In this document: positions 38,703-53,174 of the stretch, piece by piece
Layout: each line of letters starts with the position of its first letter
How positions within the stretch are numbered: the stretch's first letter is position 1
Assembly (NCBI GenBank): GCA_016748015.1
Contig: JAAOMT010000620.1
Location: 268,215-332,214, forward strand
Origin: Geosiphon pyriformis uo1
Taxonomy: Eukaryota > Fungi > Glomeromycota
DNA length: 64,000 nt
Direction: 5' to 3'
Translations under genes and position numbers: made by a program
The notes under the pieces: model-generated
Told to the model about the DNA's origin: nothing
What the model saw: the letters and a program-made list of their open reading frames with translations, nothing else
Databases searched by the model: none

Positions 38703-39643
38703 TATTATTTGAAGAAAGAAAGTCTATTAAAGAAAAAAGAGAAAACATGATTTAAAAAACATGATGAAATGTGAAAAGACACAGAATAATACACAATAAT
38801 ATTGGATAATGTGTTATAATATAAGATAACATGTTATAATACAAGATAACACAGGATAATGTATTATAATATAGAATAATGTGTTATAATGCAGGATAAC
38901 ACAGAATAATATATAATAATATTAAATAACATGTTATAACATAAAATAATTAATTATAACATAAAAAAATGAAATAATAGCTAGTAAAAACAGACAATCC
39001 AAAGCAATTCTGTAAAACTAGAAAATATGTATATATAGCAGTAGTATTAAAAGTAGAAAAAAAGAGAATTTCCAAACAGAAATTCATTAGTTACTATTCT
39101 TAATTAGAAACATATCATTCCAAAATATTAATAAATATACTTATTTAGCATCTCAAATCCAATTGCTTGCTATCAGCTTTAAATGTTAATAGTAATTAAT
39201 ACTTAAACCACATGGGAACAATAGCTCTTGATCACAGCTATTAACAGAATACTAACTTGCATTGTTTTCTCTTAAATTTCTTTATTTTATTTTATTTTGT
39301 TGTATTTTGTTGGTGGTTTACTAAACTTTTAAGGATTAAGCACTGAGTTATTGACATCAAGAATTGCTTGGTAAAAGACTCCTGTGAGTGAGTAGAACAT
39401 GTAAAAATTACAGATTGCTTACCAGAAGATTGCTGACTATCAAGCTGAGAAAAAAATTGATGGAATTGCAATTCCAAGAAGCTACAAATAAAATAACATG
39501 GAAATCTCTGTCCATTATACAAAAGACTTAATTAAAACCTTCAGAATGCAAAAATCTTCAGATCACTACCATTTTATATTAATTGAGCACCAAGTTACAG
39601 ATTTGTTATTTACTTCAACTACCCAAAATAATTACTTGTAACA
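38703..39643 (+). repeat. 3' LTR of element E (type 2)
   Basis: Follows the PPT, ends TGTAACA, and matches 17435-17969 plus 27984-28383. Confidence 0.92.
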
Positions 39644-42283
39644 GTAATCTATTAAACAGTGGGCCTACTAAGTGCTTTTATTTGGTAATAATCTAATTAA
39701 GCAAGAAGTACAATGAATGCTCAACAATGGCTTGATTAAAGAATCACTAAGCCTTTGGTCTTCTCCAATGGTTCTGGTCACTAAGAAAAATAAGAAAATA
39801 AGATTCTGTGTAGACTACCAAAAGCTAAACAGTGTTATCTAAGAAGATAGTTATCTCATATTTCTCATTCAAAAAATTTTGAACAATTTAAAAAACAAAA
39901 AATGGTTCTTGTTATTAGATCTAGCCAGTAAATATTGGCAGGTTGAAATAGACTCCAAAGACAAAAAAAAATGGTATTTATCACTCAAGATAGAAACTTT
40001 GAGTTCAACATAATGCTCTTTGAACTCTGCAATACTCTTATTACCTTCCAACATTTTATAGATGTCATGTATAAAAAAATTTTGAGAAAATCAGTTATAG
40101 TATACCTAAACAACATCAACATCTTCTCAGAAACATTTGATAATTATTTGCTTTATTTTCAGCAAGTCTTTGAATGCTTTTGTAGTGTCAAATTAAAACT
40201 CAATCCCAATAAATGCTTCTTTGGAAAGACCAGTTGAAATTTTTAGAACACATAATCAGAAAAAATGAAGTTAAATCTGATCCAGATAAGGTTCAAAAAG
40301 TCAAAAATTTTCCAGCTCCAATCAACCTCAAAGAATTACAAGAATTTTTAGGATTGGCAGAATATTATTGATGATTCATCAAAAAATTCTTGATTATCAC
40401 AAAACCACTTTACCAGTTGTTGTCCAAACATGTACAGTATCTATGAAAAAAAAACCAACAGAAAGCATTTAATTATCTTAAGCAGTGATTAATCATATTC
40501 CCAATTCTGATTTACTCAGATTTTACTAAATAGTTTATTGTCACTACAGACATCTCGAAAAATACTCTAAGAGCAGTCTTATTACAAATAAAACTAGACA
40601 ATAGAGAATATCCAATTGCTTATACCAGTTGCAACACTAGCCCAGCAAAAAAAAATTACAGCACAACAGATCTGGAATGTCTTGCCATTTATTGGGCTGT
40701 ACAGATATGGAAACATTATTTTAGTTTGTCCTTTGACCTATATACTAATCATAAAAGACTTGTTTGATTACTTAACAATCCACAATTAGAGAGAAAATAT
40801 ACAAGATAAAATACTTATCTGCAACAATTCCCACTCAAAGTTCATTACAAGGAAGGATCCAAAAACACCAATGCCAACAATTTGTCAAGGATGCCACAAA
40901 CCTAATCTCAAACTTATAGACACAACCAATTACCATTGACTACATCAGTACCTATTAACACTACATTTCAAGAAGATATTATCTTAACAGAAACAGAGTA
41001 TCATATAAAAACAAGCCCAAAATTATTTTATTTAAGACAACCAACTGTATTAATAGGAATAATAAAACCACTCCATCCCACAATAAGTTATCAAAAACAA
41101 TAAAAAAGAAACTATATTACACAGTATGCATTTTGATCCAACTACAAGACACTTTAACAAAAATGCTACTCTCAAAAGAACTCTAAATTTATACTATTGG
41201 CCAACAATGTACAAAGATATTTTCAAATATATGCTTAATTGTGACTCATGTCAGTAAAAAGAAGAAGCCAAAACAACAAAACCATTTTAACTTATTCCAG
41301 TTGAAAATCTATTTGATAGAATTGGGATCAATTTGGTTGGTTTTCTCTTTATAATATCTAAAGAAAATTGTTATATTGCTGTAGTCATAAACTATTTAAC
41401 AAAATGACCAGAAGCCAGAACCATCCAAGTAGTAGATGCTAAAACAGTAGCTGAATTCATACACCAAGATCTGATTTGCAAACACAAATGCCTAAAAGAA
41501 CTGCTATCCAATCAAAAAATGCATTTTGTTAATAATATGTTAACCAAATTAAGTCAACAGTTTAGAATAAAATGTTTTTTATTATCACTATATTATCCAC
41601 AAATAAACAGATTAGTAGAACAATTTAACCAAACACTGTGTAAAGCACTAACAAAAATAAGTCATAAAAACAAACAAAAATGAGACTTATTCATACCTTT
41701 TGTACTTTTTACATACCAAACACTAAAACAAGATACAACTTAGTTCATATCATTTAAATTAGTCTATAGAAGAAAAGCCACTCTATTTATTGAAAGAAAA
41801 ATACAATTATACTCAATAAAAGCTATTACTGAAGAGAATTTCAAAGTAACTTTATATCATAGAACATATCAGTTCATAGAAATATTAGAAAATAATCATA
41901 AAACAGTAGCTGACAACATTAGTAACACTCAGAAACAACAAAAAGAAAGACATAATAAACATCTACTTGAACAACCAATGGAATTCAAGATTGAAGACCA
42001 AGTACTGTTATATTGTACAAAAGCTGAGAAACAATAGAGTGAAAAATTTGACCCAAAATAGAATAGTCTATTCTACATACACAAAGTTTTAAGCAATAGA
42101 GCTTACAAATTATGATTAGAAAACAGGATTCTAAAGAAAGTAACACATAGAAATCGGTTAAAAATTTATCATGCAAAACAAAAATCATTATTATCAGTAT
42201 CTCAATTAGGAACACAAATTTCATTAATTAGACCAGAAGATATACCATGAAATCTGGAACCAATTATTATCATCGAAATGTAG
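39644..42283 (+). pseudogene. RT, RNase H and integrase of element C
   Basis: SPWSSPMVLV, RFCVDYQKLN, YLNN(DD)INIFS, KLNPNKCFFG, LYTNHK, YYWPTMYKDI..CDSCQ, YYPQ.N.LVE.FN.TL. Confidence 0.88.
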
Positions 42284-42340
42284 ACAACATAGAGCAAATT
42301 AAATTAAGGAATTCAAATATATATAGCATCCAAAAAGCAG

Positions 42341-45300
42341 TGTTACAGTGATTATTTGGGGTCTTGAATCAAATAACAAACTCGTAACTTGGTGCTCAAA
42401 AGCTATTTCCATTGATGATGTTCTGAAAGTGTTGTATCTGAAGGTTTTGATGAAGTTTTTTGTATAATGGACAGAGGTTCAATAGTTGTTTTATCCATAG
42501 CTTCCCAGACTCACAAGTCTGTCAATTTTTTTCTTGGCTTGGTGGCCAACAATCCTCTGGTAAGTAATCTGTATCTTCTGTATGTGTCCTACCCACTTGC
42601 AGAGGTCTTTTACCAGGCAATTCTTGACGTTAGTAATCAGTGTTTTTAATCAATTGGTTAGTGCACAATAATAAAATCACAGAAAAATAAAGAAAATAAA
42701 GAAATCTAAAAAAATAAGCCAAGGTGATTTGCAGATTAGTATCCCATCAATAGCCGTAATCAAGAGCTATTGTTCTAGCGTGGTTAAGTATCAATTACTA
42801 TCAACATAAAGTGTTGATAGTGGAGAGTGGATTGAGATATGAAATAATTATTTATTTGATGATTGTGTTTCTAGGCTAAGGATTCTGTGGTATCAATTCT
42901 GTTTTTTCTGTTTCTACCACTACTACTATATATATATATTTAAGATTCCTCAATTCCTCAATTCCTTGTGACAGGAATCCTGGAATTCTTGGAATCTTGC
43001 GATTCCTGATGAGAGGAATCTTGGAATTCTGAAATCCTGCGATTTCTTGTCAGAGAATCCTGAAATTCCTGGAATTCTGCAATTTCTCTGAGAGGAATTC
43101 TGGAATTCCACATTTACTACGTCTACCTCTGATTGGCTAATATCTACTGACTAATAATACTATATTTTTCTATATTCTATGAGTAATATTATTCCCTCCT
43201 TTTAATATTGAGCTCCATCGAAATCTAATTCCTTTAATTCTCTCTTTTGAATTATTTCTTGAACTTCTTTTTTGAGTATTACTTATTTGTAATTCTTCAA
43301 ATTGGGCATTGGTCATTTTTCCCAATTGATTACTCATAACTGTGTCCATTACTGTGTTGAGTAAGATTTCTGGTCAGTCTTAAAATCCCATATATAGCTG
43401 GTAAATGGCTTGAGCTTGTGTGATTAGATTGTTCTTTTCCACAAATTGTTCCAGTTGTCTCAGTATTGTTGTGTCGAATAATTGTTTTGTTTTGTTGGTG
43501 TACAAATTCTGGATATTTACATGTTGTTCCAAGTGGAAATGGCAATAGTTTTTCAGAAATTGTTGCATCCACCAAGTCCAATTTTCTTTAGTAAGTTCTT
43601 GGTGTAGTCTGACTATTTGTTGTTCTTTTATGGCCAATTTTATCTTAGTCATGATCTTGTCAACAACATTTTCAAGTCTTTTCTGTACTTTGTGTTGTGA
43701 TATCTTTGCCATATTTTTGTAATGAATGGTTTGTTGATTGATTGTAATTTCTATTTCCTGGTGTTGGATTAATTGAAAAATTTATTGAGCTAGTGAATAG
43801 ATATTGTTTGTAATTTCCATTTTTCTGATCTCTTCTGTCATGTCAACCATGTTTTTTATATATTCTTTTGTCAATCAATTGGATGTGTTGTTGTCAATAA
43901 TAATTATTGGTTCTAGATCTCGTGGAATCTCATCTGGTTGGACTAGTATTCTCTGTACTCCCAATTGTGGAATATTATTAGTAGATGCTAATACTATCTG
44001 GTGATATGGTTTTAGTCAATCACCATGTGCTGCTTTGGCTAAAATTCTGTTGTCCAGTTTTAATTTGTAAGCTCTATTTCCTAGAATTTCTTCTATGTGA
44101 AATGGTCCATCCCATTTGGGGTCAAATTTTCTACTCCATTGTTTTTTCACTTTGGTACAATGTAGTAATACTTTGTCTCTAATCTTTAATTCAATTGGTT
44201 TGTTTGGTAGTTGATTATCATGTCTTTCATTCTGTTTTTTTTGTAACTTTTGAATATTATCAGCTGCTCTTCTTCATTTGTTTTCCAATGTTTCCATTAA
44301 GTTATATGTTCTTCTCAGCAATGTTTCTTGAAAATTTTCTTCTGTTATTGGTTTAGCTGGATATGTATTAATTTCTCTCTCTACTGGTAATGTTGCTGTT
44401 CTCCCATACACTAATTCAAATGGTGTTGTTTGTGTAGTATCTTGTTTTATTGTCCGATAAGCAAATAGTACTAATGGTATGAACAAATCCCAATCATTTT
44501 GGTTTTCTTGGCTGAGCTTAGCTATTGCTTCACACAATGTTCTGTTGAATCTTTCGACTAATCTGTTGGTTTGTGGATGGTATGATGATGATAATGGTCT
44601 CTTAATTCCAAATCTTTGGCTTAATTCTGTTACTGTTCTGTTCACAAAATGAGTTTCTTGATCTGATAATAATTTTTTTGGACATCCATGTTGACAAATC
44701 AAATCCTGATGAATGAATTTGGCAACAGATTCTGCATCCACTTTTTGAATTGCTTTTGCCTCTGGCCATTTAGTAAAATAGTCCATAGCTATTGCTATGT
44801 ATCTGTTTCCTCTGCTGGTGATTGTTAATGGTCTGACTAAATCAATTCCAATATGGTTGAATGGTTGTCCCACTTTGATTGGTCTTAATAGTTCACTGGG
44901 TCTTGTTCCTTTTCTTCGCTGACAAGCATCATAATTTTGAATATATTGAATGATGTCTAGGTATATTGATGGCCAATAGTATCTCTTTCTGGTTCTTTTC
45001 ATGATTGCTTCTTTGTGAAAATATTCTGCTGTTGGATTTGAATGCATGTTGAATAATATGATCTCTTTTTCTGGCTCTGTAATTACTCTGGTTGGTTGAT
45101 CTGGATCCCTTCTATTTTTTCGATAAAGTATATTTTGGTAAGTAATAAAATATTTTGATTGTTATTTGATACTCTTTCATTTCGTTTGAGATAAATTCTC
45201 CTTGAACTGTTGAGTGGTTATATAATGTTAAAGTTGTTGATATTTTTGTATGTTCATCTTTTGTTGTATTTTTTGTTGGTATTGTTCTGGTTTTTGTTAT

Positions 45301-48300
45301 ATTTTTGGGTTTTGAAATGTTTTTAGATTTGTTTTATTCATGACAAACCATCAGCATTTTCATTGTCTTTTTCTTTCTTATAGTGTATAGTATAAGTATA
45401 TTATGAAAGTGCCATTTTTCATCTGGATTGGTGGCCATCATCACATTCTTGCTTTTGAAGTAATGTTAATTCTTTATGATCCATGTATATATTAAACTTT
45501 TGGCTCAAGTATTTGTTCCACTTTATAACTGCCCAATAGATTGCTAAGTGTTCTTGTTCTGATGTTTCATAGTTCTTTTTGGCTGGTGTTAGACCTCAGC
45601 TGGCATATGCTACTGGATGTTCTTTGCCATCTGGTCTTCTCTGAGATAGTACTGCTCCCAATGCTTGGCCGGATGCATCGGTGGTAATGATGAATGATTT
45701 GCTGTGATCTGAATAGATCAGTACTGGAGCTTGGATAAGCTTTCTTTTCAGAATATCAAAAGCTTCTTGTTGACTTTCTGTACATTTATATTTTGTATTT
45801 TTGTTTTGCAGTTGGTTGAGTGGCTGCACTATCTTGGAGAAGTTTTTGATAAAACGTTAATAGTAGCTGGCGAATTCCAAGAATGATTTCAGTTCTGTCA
45901 TATTGGTTGGTACTGGAAAGTTCTTTACTATCTCTATTTTCTCTGGATTTGTTTTGATGCCATCTTTGCTAACTATGTGTCCCAAGAATTTTAGTTCTGT
46001 CTTGTCAAAGAAGCACTTTGTTGCATTTAACTTTAGTCCTGCTCTTCTTAGTTTTTTGAACACTTGTTGAAGATGATGAAGATGATCATCAAACATTTTT
46101 GAAAATACATTGGTGTCATCCAAGTATACAACTACTGATTTCCACAATAAGCCAGTATAAACAATTTCCATTAGCTATTGAAAAGTGGTTGGAGCATTGA
46201 TTAAGCCAAATGGCATCACTTCAAATTCGAAATTCCCTTCTCTAGTGGTGAATGCTGTCTTCTTTTTATCAGCTGGATTCATGGCTACTTGCCAATAACC
46301 ACTATCTAAGTCTAATGTTGAGAACTATTTGTTTCCACCAAAAGCATCGAATAATTCCTGTATTCATGGAGTTGGATAGTTGTCTCCATGAGTTTCCTGT
46401 AGTCCACACAAAATTGGATTTTTCTATTCTTTTTATGGACAAGTACCACTGATGACGACCATGGGCTCATTGATGGTTGAATTAGCCCATTGTCAAGCAT
46501 TCAGTTTATCTCTTGATGAATGATTTCATGGCTGGCTGGCAGCACTCTGTATGCTCTTTGTTTGATTGGCATTGTATCTCCAGTCTTGATCTAATGCTGG
46601 ATGATATCAGTTCGGCCAAACTCATTTTCACTGGCAAAGATGTTGTTGAAATTGTTGAGCAACATCTTGAGCTGCATACATTGGAGTGGATCTAAGTTTC
46701 CCATGTTCATTTGTTCCAATTGTTCTGGTTGAAGCAAATAACATTTGTCTTGTCCATAGATTGTTTGTGATGTGATGTCAACATATCCACAAAGTTGTGA
46801 AAAGTCTGGAATGGGGTTTGGTGGTTGGTTTTCTATTTCTGTGGTTAAATATCCAATAGTAGTTCCTTCTGGTATGTTGATGACATTTCCAGTGTTGTTG
46901 TAAATGGGAATTTTTATGTGGCTATAGCTTTTGGCTAGTATGTGGAAATTGATCAGCCCAATTTCTTCTGATTCACAAAGGTTTGCTTCAGCTTCAAAAA
47001 TCTGTTCTTGCTCCTTTTCCTTCCTTTCTATTGCTAGCATGTACTGGCTATATGGTGGAATAGAAATAGCTTGACCGGTTGAGATAATTTCTCCTTGGCC
47101 AACAATTTTTTTCTCTGCCATATTAACTGATACATTTATTCTATCTGTTGACCCAAATCTCTGTATTCCTCTTGCTATTATTCCTAACTCTTCCCTATTT
47201 CCCACTGGTACTAACTGAGCTATCTTAACCAAAGGTAAGAATATTGCCTGTGCTATCTTTTCATTTGGCTTTATTATATAGGCCTTGTTTGAGTCATTTT
47301 GTAGTATAGTGATGATATTTCTTACATATTTCATGTCAATTATTCCTCCTCTTATATTAATCTCTCTTTTTGCTAAACTACTCTGAGATGCTAGTTGAAC
47401 CATTGTTGTTGCTAGAATTTCCAGCACTATTTTCAGATTAATGCAGGTGTGTAAATGTGGTTCCAATTTGATAACATCTTTTCCAGGATATCTCAAATCA
47501 AACCCTGCATCAGTATCATGCACTCGTTCTGGCATGATGCCTTTGTTATTGTTACTGTATCATTTCAACTCCTGTTCTTTGGAGAGATCTGATAGGGCAA
47601 TGTATTGTTTGTAGTTAGGATCGGAGTCTGCATCATTGATATTTTTGTTGCCATATTGTGTAGAGCTGGAACTGGTGTTTTCATTGTTGTCTTGAATTGG
47701 GATTGTAAACTAATTCTAATTTCAATGCACAGCTGTTGATTGGTTCTTCTTCCTCAGAAATCATGTAGATCATGCGTGGTAGTGGATTGTAGATAAGGTC
47801 ATACTCATCACAATATTGGAAGTCACATGGAATTAAACAGTGGTCACATAACCTGGTGTTTATTTCTTCTAAGCATTGCTCTTGTTCCTCCCTTGTGGGT
47901 GCTAATTCCTGGTAATGTTTGTGGAATTGCTCCAGATCTAGAAAATTTATGACTGGTTCTGGGTCCCAGTCAAGTTCTATGGGCTCTGGGGAATTGTTCT
48001 TGATTTCTCTGATCTCTTTGGGTATTGCTCCTTCTATTTTGGTGATTGCCATTCTCCAAATTTTGTTATTGTCATGTGAACAACTGTCCAGTTACTGTAT
48101 GGCTCTTTTCCAAACTGCTTCTATTGGGGTTTCTTTTCTTATCCAGTCGTTTATTAGAATTGTGTATTGACATGACACATTGCATGTTCCTCCACATCCT
48201 GGAATGTCGTTTCATATTCTTTCATCTAGCAGGGTCTCCTTACAAGCGAGACAAGGTTGGTTATCTCATTTTCTTTGTCTCTTTGGTCATCTAAAACATT

Positions 48301-51300
48301 CAAGTAAGCATAGACGACAGTAAAACTTTGTTGTGGTGTGGTATTCCTCATCATTACCACAGCATGCACCCATTGACGACAGTTTCTTGCTGCAATCAAC
48401 GCATACAAGCCTTGGCTGTTGATAATTGGATTGTTGTGGAGTGTGGTGGGTGTAGGAATTATAAATGGCAGCAGTTGGTGGTGTTTCTTCTTCCTTTTCT
48501 TTTCTTTTTCCCTTATCTTCATTCCATTCTTAACTTGAAGCTTCTTCTTGTTTATTGTTAGTCTAAGTCAGATCATTGGTTTCTCAGGTAAGTTCGTTTT
48601 TTGCTTTCCTTTCCTGTTGTCATCCCAAGAGAGTATTGGTGACAGCTCATTGTGCTTTTTGTCAGCTCACAACACTTGGTAGGCTTTCCAGATAGGTTTT
48701 GGTTTCTCTTCCTCAAAGTTGATTAGTGGTGCCATGGTATTGGTAGCCTTAAAGTGGCCACACATTACTGGTACTTGCATGTGTCACCCGTTCTGGCTGA
48801 GTTGAAGCTCTTATATTCCAGTTCAGAGTGGTGTTTATCTTGGACAGCCAGTCATTACTAACTAGAGCTTAATATTGGGTGGCTTTCATGACGAGTACTT
48901 TGATTGGTACTATAATGCCATTAATTTTGATTGGTAAGTCATTGATTTCGCCGATTGGAGTTTTGGTCACTTCATCAGCCATGATAATTCTGGTGCTAGC
49001 AACTTGATCAACTCGGTGACCTAATTGATCCATGAGTTGTCGTGTGATGATGCTGCCTGCTGAACCACTATCAAGAATTAGTTTGATGAAATGGCCATTA
49101 ATTTTCACATCAGTGTACATGATAGTAATTGGCTTTTCTTCTAGTACAGCTCCACTGAATAATGGTGTGGTTGACAGTTCTTTGAGTTCGAATAGAAAAA
49201 TGGTGTCCAAAGATTCATCTTTTGTGATTGTGGCAGATGGAATGTTGTTGGTAGGTGTTTGTTCGAGTTCTTGGTTGTTGGATGTGGCATTTTCTGGAGT
49301 AACCAGGAGACTTAAATAGTTTTGAGAATTTGGGTTTTGGGTGGCGCCTGTACCCAAATTCCAAGAACAGGGTCTTGAGCTTTGGTGAGAGAAGCTGGGG
49401 ATTGGTTGATGAACAACCATTGCTGATCTCCAATTTTGAGCAATTCTGGGTCTCAGATTTCTTGATGTTATCATAGCTGAGTTTTGGATCAGTGTTTGGA
49501 TTGATAATTGAGACTGATAAATTATTTGGGGCTGTGGTTAATAAATTACTGGAGGCTGCTGTTAATAAATTGCCAGTGGCTGTGATTGATAAACTGGAGG
49601 TTAATATACTGGTGGTTAATAGATTGATTACTGCATCATTGGCAGATAAGTATTTTGATATTGGTCTTGATCTTGATTTGGATAACAATTCGGAGTTTGG
49701 AACTGGCGATCAGGGTTTCTGTATTGATTTCCTAATTGTTGATTGCTATAAGTATGGCAATTAATTTGAATATGGCCTTGTTTACCATAGTTGTGGCAGA
49801 CATGCATTTCTGGCTGCCACAGCAGACTAGGTGCTGTCAAGAATAATGAATGTGATTGATTTTGGAAACAATTCACGTTTCCTGAATTATTGTGTCATTG
49901 TGGTGGTTAATATATGGCGTAATTGTCAGCTAAGTATCTCTCTAATTTCTGATTAATTAATTCGCTGAATTGTTTTAATTTGGAATCCAATTCAGATAAT
50001 TTATTCATTACTAGGTTTACTGCTTGGGCATAGTTGGCTTCTAACTCAGCTGCTTCAAAATCTCTGGCGTGTGTAACTGCAGTAGGGAGGTCAACTGGAT
50101 GCATTGGACGTACTTACTGGAGGAGATTACTGTGCAAATCTCTAATAAATTGGTTCAAAATCTGTGGCACTGTAAAATAGTCAGCTTGAATTGCTTGGAT
50201 CTGACGCAGGTTTCTATGGAAGCATCCCAAGTAAGTAGTGACTGCTTTAGTATCTCCTTGTTTAATGGTGGTAAAGAGGTTGGCTAACTTGTTAATGCTA
50301 TTATTGTTGCTGAAATATCTTATGAATTCTATCTTGAAGTCGTTGAAGATTTGGGGTTTGACAGCTAGACTTTGATACCATGCATTTACAGTGTCCCTTA
50401 GAAAGTATGGGATGGCTTAAAGTGCTCGGGCGTCATTCCATCTGTTCGCAGTGATGGCTTTCTCTACATCATTCAGCCATACTTGCACATTATCATCTTC
50501 GCTAGTAAAGTTGTCAAGTTTTGTGATTGGTGTGTAGGCCATTGGATCTAAGTTGGGTTGTTGTGGTGGCTGTTGAAGTGGTTGTTATTGTACTGGTTGT
50601 TGGGGTGGTAGTTGAAATGGCTGTTATATGGGTTCGGCTATTGGATTAATTGGCAGTTGATTGATGATGATTACCAGAGGTAAGTTTTGCTGATTAATTA
50701 ATTCAGGGTTTAGATTGTTCTGCTTTTGATGATTTGGAGTTTCGATTTCCGAATTTTCTAGATTTAGATTTTGCTGAGCTTAAAAATTTGGGGTTTCAAC
50801 TTCTGGGTTTTCAGTGATCAGATTTTGATAAGTAAATTCTTGATCTTCTGATTCTTTTTCCTCTTCTTTTTTAGATAGTTCCCACAGGGTAGTGATTTCA
50901 AAGTCCAGTTAAGGCAGTGGTGATCGAATTCCTGATGGGGTTGGTGATCGTGATTTAAATCTCTCAAAATATTCACCATATGGTCTTAATAGATCTGTTT
51001 TCTTTTGTTTACTTTGGAATGGGAATTGTCTGAATGTTGATATCATGTTTGATGTGAACACACTTGCTGATGTTATATTGATGGTGCTTCCCAGTGTGTA
51101 GTAATAGGATGGGGCAGTTGGTGATTTAACTCTTGTTTTCTTCCAAGTGGGTGGTTGTATCTTTTTGGGTGTTACCACTGGTATTTGTAGTTTTCTTTTG
51201 TCTTTACTGGCATAAGTAATTGGATATCTTTGTTGGGTGTGATGTTCAATTTCTTTGTTGATCTTAGTAATGATAGAGGCAAAATTGTGATTTGTTGGCA

Positions 51301-52420
51301 GGTTAGTATTTTGAATTAATTCTCTGTAGAAAGTTTCCCTGGCTGATTTAGTATTTACTGGTGTTCCTAACAAAGAGGAAATCTTTTTGTTGACATAGAA
51401 ATTAAAGGCTGATTCGGCAGATATATGATTGTGGTTTAATCCCAAGTGTTAACAATAGTGTTGAAATAGGGATTTCATGAATCCTAAATGGTTTGCTCCT
51501 ATGTTTTCTGATTCTGCCACTTTTGGTTTGGTGTTATCAATGCTGGTTCTCTGTAAGATTATACCTCACAAATATTACAATAATTATTTGGAGTTTTGAA
51601 TCAAATAACAAACTCGTAACTTGGTGTTCAAAAGCTATTTCCGTTGATAATGTTCTGAAAGTGTTGTATCTGAAGATTTTAATGAAGTTCTTTGTATAAT
51701 GGACAGAGATTCAATAGTTGTTTTATCTGTAGCTTCCCAGATTCGCAAGTCTGTCAATTCTTTTCTCAGCTTGGTGGCCAGCAATCCTTTGGTAAGTAAT
51801 CCATATCTTCTGTATGTGTTCTACCCACTTGCAAGGGTCTTTTACTAGGCAATCCTTGATGTCAGTAATCAGTGCTTTTAATCAATTGGTTAGTGCACAA
51901 TAATAAAATCACAGAAAAATAAAGAAAATAAAAAAATCTAAAAAAATAAGCCAAGGCAATTTGCAGATTAGTATTCCGTCAATAGCCATGATCAAAAGCT
52001 ATTGTTCTAGTATGGTTAAGTATTAATTACTATCAACATAAAGTGTTGATAGTGAAAAGTGGATTGAGATATGAAATAATTATTTATTTGATGATTGTGT
52101 TTCTAGGCTAAGGATTCTATGGTATTGATTCTGTCTTTTCTGTTTCTATTACTACTGCTATATATACATATTTGAGATTCCTCAATTCCTCAATTCCTTG
52201 CAACAGAAATCCTGGAATTCCTGGAATCCTGCAATTTCTAATGAGAGGAATCCTGGAATTCTGGAATCCTGCGATTCCTCATTGGGGAATTCTGAAATTC
52301 CTGGAATCCTGCAATTCCTTTAAGAGGAATCTTGGAAATCCACATTTACTATGTTTATCTCTGATTGGCTAATATCTACTGACTAATAATACTATATTTT
52401 TCTATATTCTATGAGTAACA
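42341..52420 (-). mobile_element. Full-length decayed Ty3/Gypsy element G (10,080 bp)
   Basis: LTRs 42341-43188 and 51573-52420 (848 bp each), perfect TSD GCAG (42337-42340 / 52421-52424), PPT 43189-43203. Confidence 0.96.
43202..51520 (-). pseudogene. Gag-PR-Cys-rich-dUTPase-RT-RH-INT-ORF3 of element G (best-preserved copy)
   Basis: LILDSGSAGS (48869-49474); DAGFDLRYP (46591-47535); YLDD (45857-46171); TDASGQALGAVL; integrase ORF 44274-45047; ORF3 43380-43712. Confidence 0.93.
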
Positions 52421-53174
52421 GCAGCAAGAAACAATAAAACTTTTAACATAAACCTGTTAGATCAAATTCTACAACTTTTAAAACAATTATTTGAAGCAAT
52501 TCAACAATTTTCTGCTTAAGTAAAAGTGACAATTGATAGAAAAAAAATACAATATAAAGATAGAAGCAGAAAAAAAAAGAGCAAGAGTTCAACTAAAACT
52601 AAATAGTCCTACTTTTACCCAATGCTTGAAAGGAAAAATTGGAGAAAAAATTCCTCTTAGGTAGAACTGGAAATAAAAGAAGTTTATAAAAGATACATGG
52701 TCTCTGAGCTCAAAGAAATTAAAGAAGCTTTAGCTCATAAGACTGAACTTCCCAAAACAAGAGAATAAACACTTGACAATGCCCAGAAATAGAAAAAAAA
52801 ACTTCCTTCAGCATATTGGTTTTACAAAATTGGTGAACAATTAGATTTGAAGACACTATATGGAGATCTCAGCCAGAAAACTTTTAACAAAGAAGCAATA
52901 CAACAAGTAGAAAAATTTGTAGGGAAAAACAACCTGACCCTATATTACAAAGCAGCATACTAACTATAGACCATCTTCCAATATTGTCTAAATGTACTGT
53001 TGTATGGATCTATAAAGACTATAATAGTTAGTAACATAAAACAAATAACCAATTGACAGTTTGAAGACCTATGAAAAACAATACTTGACACAATTATTGA
53101 ACACTACACAAATAAAGTCATAATAACAGATACATATAATTTTGCAGGAGCTCAATTCTAAAAAAAAAAAATAA

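Larger units (their letters stand above)
17435..39643 (+). mobile_element. Ty3/Gypsy element E with type 2 LTRs, inserted in C; contains D and F
   Basis: 5' LTR is split into 17435-17969 and 27984-28383; PBS 28386-28403; gag start about 28440-29350; 3' LTR 38703-39643. TSD ACAA/GTAA is consistent with an ancestral GCAA. Confidence 0.88.

Noticed and set aside
42400-42660. Possible small sense-strand ORF in U5
   Set aside because: The frame is not preserved among A, E and G (frame-breaking indels).
800-52372. Many short ORFs antisense to gag-pol or inside LTRs (e.g. 800-994, 9921-10214, 10273-10728, 13082-13282, 49032-49319, 52172-52372)
   Set aside because: Shadow frames of the retroelement coding strand or of the U3 repeats; they recur only because the element is repeated.
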